From: Antedon mediterranea | Taxonomy: Eukaryota > Animalia > Echinodermata | Direction of reading: 5' to 3' | Assembly (NCBI RefSeq): GCF_964355755.1 | Contig: NC_092680.1 | Span: forward strand, 3,534,001-3,598,000 | DNA length: 64,000 nucleotides | Part shown: piece after piece, positions 1 to 11,900 of the stretch | Numbering within the stretch: the stretch's first letter is position 1 | How the letters are laid out: each line of letters begins with the position of its first letter | Program-made: the position numbers and the translations under genes | Notes under the pieces: model-generated | Seen by the model: the letters and a program-made list of their open reading frames with translations, nothing else | Told to the model about the DNA's origin: nothing | Databases searched by the model: none

Positions 1-965
1 ACAGTACCGTAGCGAGAATCGGCATAGTATCACACTGAAAAATATCACAGTATATGAATTTTGATAAAAGTAATCTTAGAGCGACAATTATCAAACCTCG
101 GGGTCGCTTTTATCTATTTATTTAATTTAAAAAAAATCTAATCATAAAATTACCTTTTTGTTTGAAATATTAACAAGAAATTTGATTACGCAATTCTATC
201 TATTGGGTTGCATTGTTCCCAAGGACGCTAGAAGCATTTTGTTGTATTATTTTGACTTTATAGGCCTAGTAGATTGCGTGCGTTGAAGCGCTGCTCTTAT
301 ATAAGAAATCACAATGCAGTTTGTACGAACATGATAGAAATAAGATTATTATAAAGTATTTAAGTAGAAAGCCAAATAAAGAACGTGGTGCTACTCAATC
401 TCAAGTATCTTAGTAAATCGAAATTTAATTACTTTAATTAATTTATTAAGCAAATAAAAAAGTGAATTCTTATTCATGAGTTGATCACGCCTATATCCAG
501 CATGGTATTTTTCTAAATAAAACAAATGATGACAATTTGTGTTGAGTACAGTTTTACTTTAAATTCTGCCAAAAAGAATAGAATTTTAAAATGTAAGAAT
601 GTCCTATTTAAAACGGTTTACGTTTACGTAACGTCTAGATGCTGTCAACGTAATAAGGATGGTCACGTGTAAACAATGGGCACGTGCGGTTTATTCAAAT
701 ATTTAATAATCGGGTTAATTTAACGATTTAATCATCACCCAACCAACACGTTGACGGCTCGTCACACACAAACCCACTCGATAAACTGAACAAACATTAA
801 ATATTATGGTAATAAAATAAATTGAAAATTGAAAACGCTTGGGGCAACATTTGCTAAAACTTTGCAATCGTAATCTCCTCTATGTTCGTGTTATCAGTAA
901 AAATATTTTACAATTTTTTGGGAAATTATTAAATTAATGATTTGACAATCGTCGACACGTAATAA

Positions 966-1118
966 AGCTTGGTTCCCACTAGGACGCAACGCAAAGACAT
1001 AAACGCAACACAAGCGTGTTGACCAATGACAAGCGACAGTTCGAATAATTCATCGCCTGTGATTGGTCACTTCACTTGCGTCTACGTCCTTGCGTTGCGT
1101 CCGAGTGGGAACCAAGCT
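966..1118. mobile_element. MITE, PIF/Harbinger (Tourist)-like family H2
   Basis: TIRs AGCTTGGTTCCCACT.GGACGCAACGCAA with TAA/TTA flanks. Confidence 0.8.
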
Positions 1119-2097
1119 TTAGCCATCCCACTCCTAAAACATGATACGAGTGGAAAACAAGTTAAAATACTCGCGTAAAAACTGTGTACAAGCTCTTGTG
1201 TGAACAATGTGTACCATCTTCGTCATATGACGTAACTTACATCTTCGTCATATGACGTAATTATCCATGTTTATTATAACAATGTAGCAAATTAGCACTG
1301 TCAAATTGTGCATTTATCTTATTAATATACGGTATGAATTATTTATTGTTATTAACATGACATATGTATGGGCAATTAGATATTGAACACAATAGGTATA
1401 TTGTATGTTGTGCTTATCTCTCGCACATGTCTATTGTGGTTATACTCACAGTTAAATATACCATTATACAAATGCTAACTACTACAGCAATAATGTTAAT
1501 TCAAAAGACACAATTGAAGTAACATCACTTATGTAAAAGAAAGTACATCGTAACCTAAGTTCGCGTAGAGTAAAGGTCGGGACACGCGTACGACGCACAT
1601 ATGGGGAACGAGCTTTTCCAATCTCATTATGTTACTGAAATTGTAGGATAATCTATGGCCTTGAATACGTGGTATGTCCATTGCTACTGTTGCGGAGTGG
1701 GAGAAATAGGCCTACCATAAAGAGTAGGTCTATACATGATAAATTTTATTTTAATTAAACTTATTCCTCAATTTACGCACGGTACAGTACCAATTTAAGT
1801 AAACGTAAGTCATACAAATTTGGAGTTACTCTCGTACAATACTGTTTTACAACGATGTATTATTGTAGTCGATACTCGGTACTGAATCTATACATTTGTC
1901 CAGACGTATCATATTGAAATGTCATCACACAGCATCATATGTTATGCAACGCCTGTATCATACCTTATTCTTAACCTAATCTTCCATGATACAAGCACCA
2001 CGTATGTTACACATGCGATAACGTATTATGGAATTTGACAATGATACGGGGCAAAATTATCATGCATCATTGAATTTTTATTTAAATTACTTACTAA

Positions 2098-2276
2098 AGC
2101 GTGGTTCCCACTAGCGACGCAACGCAAGGACGTAACGCAACGCAAGTGAATTGACCAATCACAAGCGATGGCTTATTCGCTTTTGATTGCTAACTGTCTA
2201 TAACTTCGCTTGTCATTGGTTAAAACGCTTGCGTTGCGTTTACGTCCTTGCGTTACGTTCTAGTGGGAACCAAGCT
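2098..2276. mobile_element. MITE family H2, second copy in opposite orientation
   Basis: Same TIRs; TAA target-site duplication on both sides. Confidence 0.82.
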
Positions 2277-2504
2277 TAACAGTACTAATAGTACTACTAA
2301 TACATACACGGAACTGTTAACACCTCCAACACGCAATTACACGGGTTCGTCCCGGGTTGATTTGACGATGAATATATTTAGTATTTTCAATGACTTTATT
2401 CTGTAATAAAGGTGTTTTCATGTGAGGAAATTCCCATTCAGCCCATAAAACTGAACAAGAAAAGAAGGAACCAAAACACAATACAAACTGTACTGAAGAC
2501 TTAA

Positions 2505-2788
2505 AGATGTATTGTCCCCTTAACATTTTTCTTTCCATTTTTTGGTTCAATATGCCATTTTAATGTCACGTAATAGTTTTTGCCAAAAACTGGATAAAAA
2601 AAAACATTATTTACCTGAAAAAACGTAATTTAAAGCAACAACGATACTTAAATTGCCTGTCAGACAATGAGTTTTTGATTAAAATTGACCGTTTTTTAAC
2701 TTTGTAAGTGAATAAAACTGCAAAATAATCCATTCAAAGTGTGATTTTATTAATCTTTATTTTTCATGTTTTTGGGGGACAATATATA
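2505..2788. mobile_element. TTAA-targeting MITE family K1 (Kolobok-like)
   Basis: ttaa|AGATGTATTGTCCCC ... GGGGACAATA; internal sequence shared with the other copies. Confidence 0.7.
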
Positions 2789-3229
2789 AGTTTCAGAGTA
2801 CCGAAAAGGCAAATATTATAATTATGTGTATTTCTGAATACACCTGGTCGACTTAGCTTATTTACATTTTTGTATATATTTATATTGGCTTATATTTTAT
2901 AGTTTAGTTATTTTATTTTCAACCTGTTATTGGTGTTCTACACTGTTGGCTTGAAATAAAGAATAAATAAAGAAATAAAATGAGGGCGATCTTACTATTT
3001 CTGTCAATATCAGAATACCGCGCTATGATTAGTGTGTCATCTTACATCAATTGTTTCTGGTTGTTGGTACTAATAGTACAGTAATCTAAAAAGAAGAAAA
3101 AAATCTTTTTTTGTTCATAACTAGTATATTGAATGTGCAGAACACATGATTCTGCGCATGTGAATATATATATAGTAACCAGTTATGTCATATACAAATA
3201 TTTTGAGTGGGGTTGGTGAGCATCATGCC

Positions 3230-6200
3230 AAAATACTCAAAAAAATTTCAAAAAATCGCAAAATGTTGACCCTGTTATTTTTCCATAAAACTAGTTAATA
3301 TGGCTCTATGAGATGCTACAAAGCGATATATGCGCATATATACGCATATTATTGCATAATAATTTAATTTTAAAATGTCGATATTTTAGGCATTTGTCGA
3401 AAAAATATGGTTATGATAGCACAATTGACATGCGCAAAACCCCTTATTCGACTCTGCGCATGTTTATTATGCAATAGTAACCATTTATGTAAACAAATAA
3501 AAGGGTCGAAAATTTTTTCAAAAAAATTGCCAATTTTCGACCTTTTAATTTTTCAATAAAAATGGTTACTATAGCACAATTAACATGCGCAGAACCCATT
3601 AGTCGACTCTGCGCATGTTTATTATGCTATAGTAACCATTTATGTCAAATATGGTTATGATAGCACAATTGACATGCGCAGAACCCATTATTCGACTCTG
3701 CGCATGTTTATAATGCTATAGTAACCATTTATGTCAAAAAATAAAAGGGTCGAAAATCGGCTATTTTTCGAAAATTTTCCTGTACTATAGTACAGGGATT
3801 TTTTCCAAAAAATTACCAATTTTCGACCTTTTTATTTTTCGATAAAACTGGTTACTATAGCACAATTAACATGCGCACAATCCATTAGTCGACTCTGCGC
3901 ATGTTTATTATGCTATAGTAACCATTTATGTGGAATATGGTTACTATAGCACAATTGACATGCGCAGAACCCAATAGTCGACTCTGCGCATGTTTATTAT
4001 GCTATAGTAACCATTTATGTCAAAAAATAAAAGGGTCGAAAATCGGCCATTTTTCGAAAATTTTCCTGTACTATAGTACAGGGATTTTTTCCAAAAAATG
4101 GCAAATTTTCGACCTTTTAATTTTTCGATAAAAATGGTTACTATAGCACAATTGACATGCGCAGAACCTATTATTCGACTCTGCGCATGTTTATAATGCT
4201 ATAGTAACCATTTATGTCAAAAAATAAAAGGGTCGAAAATCGGCTATTTTTCGAAAATTTTCCTGTACTATAGTACAGGGATTTTTTCCAAAAAATGGCC
4301 AATTTTCGACCTTTTAATTTTTCGATAAAAATGGTTACTATAGCACAATTAACATGCGCAGAACCCATTAGTCGACTCTGCGCATGTTTATTATGCTATA
4401 GTAACCATTTATGTCAAATATGGTTATGATAGCACAATTGACATGCGCAGAACCCATTATCCGACTCTGCGCATGTTTATAATGCTATAGTAACCATTTA
4501 TGTCAAAAAATAAAAGGGTCGAAAATCGGCCATTTTTCGAAAATTTTCCTGTACTATAGTACAGGGATTTTTTCAAAAAAATTGCCAATTTTCGACCTTT
4601 TAATTTTTCGATAAAAATGGTTACTATAGCACAATTGACATGCGCAGAACCCATTATTCGACTCTGCGCATGTTTATAATGCTATAGTAACCATTTATGT
4701 CAAAAAATAAAAGGGTCGAAAATCGGCTATTTTTCGAAAATTTTCCTGTACTAGTACAGGGATTTTTTCCAAAAAATGGCCAATTTTCGACCTTTTAATT
4801 TTTCGATAAAAATGGTTACTATAGCACAATTAACATGCGCACAATCCATTAGTCGACTCTGCGCATGTTTATTATGCTCTAGTAACCATTTATGTAGAAT
4901 ATGGTTACTATAGCACAATTGACATGCGCAGAACCCATTAGTCGACTCTGCGCATGTTTATTATGCTATACTAACCATTTATGTCAAAAAATAAAAGGGT
5001 CGAAAATCGGCCATTTTTCGAAAATTTTCCTGTACTATAGTACAGGGATTTTTTCAAAAACATGGCCAATTTTCGACCTTTTTATTTTTCGATAAAACTT
5101 GTTACTATAGCACAATTAACATGCGCACAACCTTTTAGTCGACTCTGCGCATGTTTATTATGCTATAGTAACCGTTTATGTAGAATATGGTTATGATAGC
5201 ACAATTGACATGCGCAGAACCCATTTTTCGACTCTGCGCATGTTTATAATGCTATAGTAACCATTTATGTCAAAAAATAAAAGGGTCGAAAATCGGCCAT
5301 TTTTCGAAAATTTTCCTGTACTATAGTACAGGGATTTTTTCCAAAAAATTGCCAATTTTCGACCTTTTAATTTTTCGATAAAAATGGTTACTATAGCACA
5401 ATTGACATGCGCAGAACCTATTATTTGACTCTGCGCATGTTTATAATGCTATAGTAACCATTTATGTCAAAAAATAAAAGGGTCGAAAATCGGCTATTTT
5501 TCGAAAATTTTCCTGTACTATAGTACAGGGATTTTTTCCAAAAAATGGCCAATTTTCGACCTTTTAATTTTTCGATAAAAATGGTTACTATAGCACAATT
5601 AACATGCGCAGAACCCATTAGTCGACTCTGCGCATGTTTATTATGCTATAGTAACCATTTATGTCAAATATGGTTATGATAGCACAATTGACATGCGCAG
5701 AACCCATTATCCGACTCTGCGCATGTTTATAATGCTATAGTAACCATTTATGTCAAAAAATAAAAGGGTCGGAAATCGGCCATTTTTCGAAAATTTTCCT
5801 GTACTATAGTACAGGGATTTTTTTTCAAAAAATTACCAATTTTCGACCTTTTTATTTTTCGATAAAACTGGTTACTATAGCACAATTAACATGCGCACAA
5901 TCCATTAGTCGACTCTGCGCATGTTTATTATGCTATAGTAACCATTTATGTCAAATATGGTTATGATAGCACAATTGACATGCGCAGAACCCATTATCCG
6001 ACTCTGCGCATGTTTATAATGCTATAGTAACCATTTATGTCAAAAAATATAAGGGTCGGAAATCGGCCATTTTTCGAAAATTTTCCTGTACTATAGTACA
6101 GGGATTTTTTTTCAAAAAATTACCAATTTTCGACCTTTTTATTTTTCGATAAAACTGGTTACTATAGCACAATTAACATGCGCACAATCCATTAGTCGAC

Positions 6201-7455
6201 TCTGCGCATGTTTATTATGCTATAGTAACCATTTATGTAGAATATGGTTACTATAGCACAATTGACATGCGCAGAACCCATTAGTCGACTCTGCGCATGT
6301 TTATTATGCTATAGTAACCATTTATGTCAAAAAATAAAAGGGTCGAAAATCGGCCATTTTTCGAAAATTTTCCTGTACTATAGTACAGAGATTTTTTCAA
6401 AAACATGGCCAATTTTCGACCTTTTTATTTTTCGATAAAACTTGTTACTATAGCACAATTAACATGCGCACAACCCTTTAGTCGACTCTGCGCATGTTTA
6501 TTATGCTATAGTAACCGTTTATGTAGAATATGGTTATGATAGCACAATTGACATGCGCAGAACCCATTATTCGACTCTGCGCATGTTTATAATGCTATAG
6601 TAACCATTTATGTCAAAAAATAAAACGGTCGTAAATCGGCCATTTTTCGAAAATTTTCCTGGGATTTTTTCAAAAACATGGCCAATTTTCGACCTTTTTA
6701 TTTTTCGATAAAACTTGTTACTATAGCACAATTAACATGCGCACAACCCATTAGTCGACTCTGTGCATGTTTATTATGCTATAGTAACCATTTATGTGGA
6801 ATATGGTTACTATAGCACAATTGACATGCGCAGAACCCATTAGTCGACTCTGCGCATGTTTATTATGCTATAGTAACCGTTTATGTAGAATATGGTTATG
6901 ATAGCACAATTGACATGCGCAGAACCCATTATTCGACTCTGCGCATGTTTATTATGCTATAGTAACCATTTATGTCAAAAAATAAAAGGGTCGAAAATCG
7001 GCTGTTTTTCGAAAATTTCCCTGTACTATAGTACAGGGATTTTTTCAAAAAAATGGCCAATTTTCGACCTTTTAATTTTTCGATAAAAATGGTTACTATA
7101 GCACAATTAACATGCGCAGAACCCATTAGTCGACTCTGCGCATGTTTATTATGCCATAGTAACCATTTATGTAGAATATGGTTACTATAGCACAATTGAC
7201 ATGTGCAATTTTCCTGTACTATAGTACAGGGATTTTTTTCCAAAAAATGGCCAATTTTCGACCTTTTTATTTTTCGATAAAACTGGTTAATATGGCTCTA
7301 TAAGATGCTACAAAGCAATATATGCGCATATATACCCATTATTATTGCATAATATAATAATTGAATTTAAAAAAATCGATATTTTAGGCATTTTTCGAAA
7401 AATCCCTGTACAAGGATTTTTTCAAAAAATCACAAAATGTCGACCCCTTATATTT
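3230..7455. repeat. Composite tandem satellite: 89-bp palindromic module A and ~108-bp palindromic module B, in AAB (286 bp) and AB (197 bp) units, bracketed by a ~120-bp direct repeat
   Basis: A = ATGGTTACTATAGCACAATTRACATGCGCAGA-loop-TCTGCGCATGTTTATTATGCTATAGTAACCAT. B is centred on CCTGTACTATAGTACAGG. A starts at 3562, 3651, 3848 and so on. Confidence 0.95.
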
Positions 7456-8928
7456 CGAAAAAAATTGATATTTTGGGTATGATTAGTTCATGAATTAAGT
7501 GAATAATATTATAGCATGAATAGGCTAACCTCTTTTTTTTTTAAACACATAATGTTGAAGACCAATGTCGCCCTTATCTGTTAGTGTTATTAGTTTATTT
7601 TCTCCACCAATCAATTTACACTTTTCAGTTCAACCATTCAAATTGACTGCCTGCAGTCACAGTCTTTACACTTAACAACATAATTTAGCACCAAACCTGA
7701 ACAACTTTATAGTAAAACACTTTACTAATAAACTTACAAAGTCACTTTTTTATATCAAAGTCGTTGTTTGATAGCCTTATTTTAATTAACACAACACAGC
7801 AACTGTAACTGTCCAAACCATAAGATCACATCAATAATTTAATGTTATTAATTAAATAATAATAATAATATTAATAATAATAATTATTATATATGATGTC
7901 TTCCATGTAAACTCTGCTAACATCATTAAATGTTTGGTTATTGCGTTCCGTCATTTTTAATCTAATTTTTAAACTTGTCTCAGCACCATAATCAATCAAA
8001 CATCTGGCAATACATAACATTATATACAGTCAACTTTCAAACTTTATACAATACAATAGATATACAATATGTACAATAGGTACATACAACTATCAACAAA
8101 GTCATTGAAAATGATTCTGAAAAAAAGAATAACTGCACAAAAAGCCACAGTGGTGGGTTATGGACGCACATGGAAAGTCACATTTTTTTTTATTAGAAAA
8201 ACCCCCCAAAATAAAAAAAAGTTTATTTTCAATTACCAATTAATGTATGCTTATTATATAAAGCAATTGACATATCTAATCTAAGTTAACACATTCTTAA
8301 TGTTCATATAATTAATAGATTTTCCTTCATTTAACATGTTCTGTACATGTTTGATGAAAACAATTTAGAGAAGTAAAACAAAATTGAAAATATTGCATTT
8401 TGTTGTAATTTCTATAATTAAAACACAGCAGTATTATACATAGATCAAGGTGTTTAATGATTTAAAAAAAAATGTGAAATTAAAATATTGCAAAGAATTT
8501 TATATAAAATGAAGAAAACATTAAAGAATAAAAAAGTGTGTCGTGGGCGATCACTTCAAAATACTAGTTTTATACTAGAATTATTGTATAAGTTTGAGAT
8601 ACAAACTTTGATTTCTTTAATTTTAGTTTTTAATTTCCAATTTCTTCAACTTCAACCATTGTCCAAATTGTGTACTCCTGATTATAGTTTAGAAATAGTG
8701 TAGTCCAGAAGTCCCTAGGTCATCCGAGAATTTCTAAACAAATTATTTTCAGCCAACACCAATTTTTGATAATTTTATGCCCAAAAATAACAATCTAACA
8801 GTTTGTTATGCGACTAAAAATAATAACAAATTTACTTAACAGTTATTATTTTTTTCAAACCATTTGATGGTGTGACTGGCTGTCCTCCATTTATTTATTC
8901 ATTTTGTTCAACATTAAATTCAATTTGG

Positions 8929-8961
8929 TCACAAAGATGTTGTTGGAATTCCACGTTCATC
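8929..8961 (-). CDS. VSD gene last coding exon ([10 protein letters not shown])
   Basis: Strong acceptor ttttttttatttcag, phase 0, ends TGA, followed by AT-rich 3'UTR-like sequence. Confidence 0.72.
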   Translation of the reverse strand, partial: DERGIPTTSL

Positions 8962-11900
8962 CTGAAATAAAAAAAAACAGAACTGTATTAAAATCATCAT
9001 AACAAATAAGATATAGGCTAAACTAAACAAAAGTAGAAAAAGTGAATTACATACTGCCCACATTTTACCCCAAAATGTTAAGGCAGAAATCATGAATTTA
9101 TATATGCATCATTTATATAAATTACTAAACATCAAACCTTAAAATCATCAAAGTTTAATTTGAACTCCTGAATGGAAAACAAATCCATTTAGCCAAACTT
9201 TGAATTATGCATATGTTTATATAGCGCCCTCTGTAAGATCTTAATTTATGGGATAATTATCTTATGCATTATTCATGATTTCTTCCTTAACCAACAAAAT
9301 TGATGGATTCTGTAAGCAATCTACTTTAAATGGTGATGTTACAATAAATATTAAATTGCTAAAACACTACACTACAAATATGGTTCAGCGTTCGAGTCAC
9401 AAGCTAAAACATATATCAGTGTGAACAGGGCCTTAGTTTATCAAAATCACGGCAATTCACACCATGTTTACAGTATCTCTTTCAGTCCACCAATGGACAC
9501 CTGGTGGTGGACACCTGATGGTACTCACCAGTAATGTCACTGATTGGCCAAGCTCCTGTAAAAGAGCTTCTTCTGAAAGTCTCTTGATCTCCTCCAGCTC
9601 CAGTCGAAGCTGTTCCTCTTCATCAGCGTCTAACTTTGAACTGTTTGAACTTGAGTTCTGTCCTGACAGTGGAAGGTGTAACGATGATTTGGAACCTGTT
9701 AAGAATAACAACAATATTTGTAATTTATTTAGAAAAATACCATTGTATACATATTTTATTACCTACAGTATATCTTGGGGCGGATGCATGTTGGTATATG
9801 AGGTTAGAGAGAATCTCAGCCACCTCATGGTTGAGGATAAGGACATCTAAGTGTTTTAGATTCCTTTATTAGAACATCTCATACTCAGTGCTTCAGTTTA
9901 TCATTTCCTTTTAATTATTTAAGACGAAGTACATTCTGCAACAATACTTAGTTTCATTAAAACAATTATGTAATAATATTGATATAATTTGTACTCTTTA
10001 TACTTAATTTTAATTGGGTGGATTTCCCAAATCTGAATACTAGACTTTCTACAAAACTTTGTTTATGTTCTCCTTTCAGAGGAGAAAATGCCTACGTATG
10101 ACGGTTTATCCAGGTAAGCTAGGCACGAAATGTGTCACCAGATTAACTTATTGGTGTAGGTAAATAATAATAGAAATTCTTACTGTATGAATGCCTATCA
10201 CTTCCAAATTCTGAGTTATCATATTCACTGCCAGATCCTTGCGGTTTAGGAACCTCTAACGATTCCTGATGCTTCGTGGCATTACTATCCTGCGAGTATT
10301 CAAACGACCGTGTTGACGCCATACTGGATTCAATATTACTCTCACGTTGACCGTCACTATCAAACGCGAGATTAACAAACGCGAGAGGTGTTCGCGAGCC
10401 GTCTCTGATTGCGATTTCTCCAGAATTTCCACTAGCGGCAGTTGATGTACTGTCCAATGTACTGCCTTTCTGCGATGACATGCCGTCTTCAACATTGTGA
10501 TCAAAAGCAAAATTAATGTAACCTTCTTGTCCATTACTGATTGACGCCATTGTCTGCGTTAACGAGTAGATTGCATCGCGAATTATATTTCTAGACAGCG
10601 TAGAAGCGAACTTTTCAGTTAAACTGTGTCGCTTGTTATCGTCTGAAGACTCTGTGTTTGGTCTAACAACATCGCTCAGTACATCGTATGTGGAGCTTAC
10701 TTGAGATAACCGCGACAGTGGCGTAGATTTCGGCAAAGTTTCTCGGCTGCTAAAGCTGATATCACGGCTTACAACTCTTGAACTACTTGCTTTAGATGGT
10801 ACTGCATATATCAGGTCAGAATTGTAGCTGCTTGCTAAAAAATAAATAAATTATGATTGTTTTGATTTTGTATTTATATTTATCTGGTAGACTTAGTTGT
10901 AACCATAGAGATTCTTTTCTTTAAAAACAAAAATCAAATACAATACACTATTTCGTTCAATCAATATATATGTATTTTGAATTCAAAATTACTTTGTTTT
11001 AAACGAAACATAATTAAATGCAATGAATATTTAATATTAAGGGGAATTAAAATGAATATAATTTCATCATACATGCTACTAGGAAATAATAAGCGTGAAA
11101 ATATTGAACATATCATACATATTAAAACCCAATTACGAAAACCAGAATTAAAATGACATGAACTAAATGATGGTAATCATCATGGAATGCCAGGGGTACA
11201 ACTGTAACGTCTGATTTTCATTGATAAATGCAGAAGTCAGCGTTCTATCAACTAATGCCATATAAAGAGAAAGTAACAATACTTTGTATCACTTTATTAC
11301 TCATCACTAATATGGGATATAACGATTTATGGTTTTAACATCAGTCACCACTCAGAAGTAGTTCCACATTTGAAAATCTGGGTTCAAAAACCTTACTATT
11401 CTTATCTTTTACCATCCCCTTTCTAGTTCAGTATTTGAAGAGATTCTAAGACCAAGTTTTTCCTTTCAGTTTTAAATCATTCTTGTTGATGCAACCAGGT
11501 GCATTTTATTCATTTTTTAAGTATTCATAAATCAAAAATATCACATTGTGCAGAGCTAATATATATTATTTTATCTATATATTATTATTTATTATAAATT
11601 AGTTTTGAAAAAATGTGTAATGGGGCACTCCCCAGTATTTTTTTCTACGGATGGGACATTTTTGAGAATATAATTAGTCATATCATGAAAAGAATACAAG
11701 ATTCAAAGTAGAATAAATGTATACATATATGGCCAATGTTAATTAAGAAAGTCAAAAAAAGAATGTACCAAAAAATGTTTATTATGAAGATCGTATGCAT
11801 CCAGACGGGACAACAAATGGACATAACTTTTATCCAAGTTTTTTTCAGTTCATAAAATTAATTTTTTGTAATGTTCAGTGGATAAATTTTTAAGAAATAG

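Noticed and set aside
1215-1262. ~24-bp tandem duplication containing the palindrome CGTCATATGACG
   Set aside because: Only two copies and no context; ordinary slippage duplication.
3928-7243. Repeated 64-104 aa ORFs, and a possible CRISPR-like reading of the palindromic array
   Set aside because: The ORFs are translations of the satellite. The intervening segments are near-identical repeats rather than unique spacers, there are no cas genes, and the context is eukaryotic.
9464-9872. Plus-strand ORFs (also 18842..19030, 51564..51866, 52323..52628, 53318..53536)
   Set aside because: Antisense shadows of real minus-strand exons.
10103-10130. CCAG|GTAAG repeat as spliced-leader RNA or U1 snRNA
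   Set aside because: No Sm site (RAU4-6GR) downstream, and the similarity to the U1 5' end is limited to CTTACCTGG.
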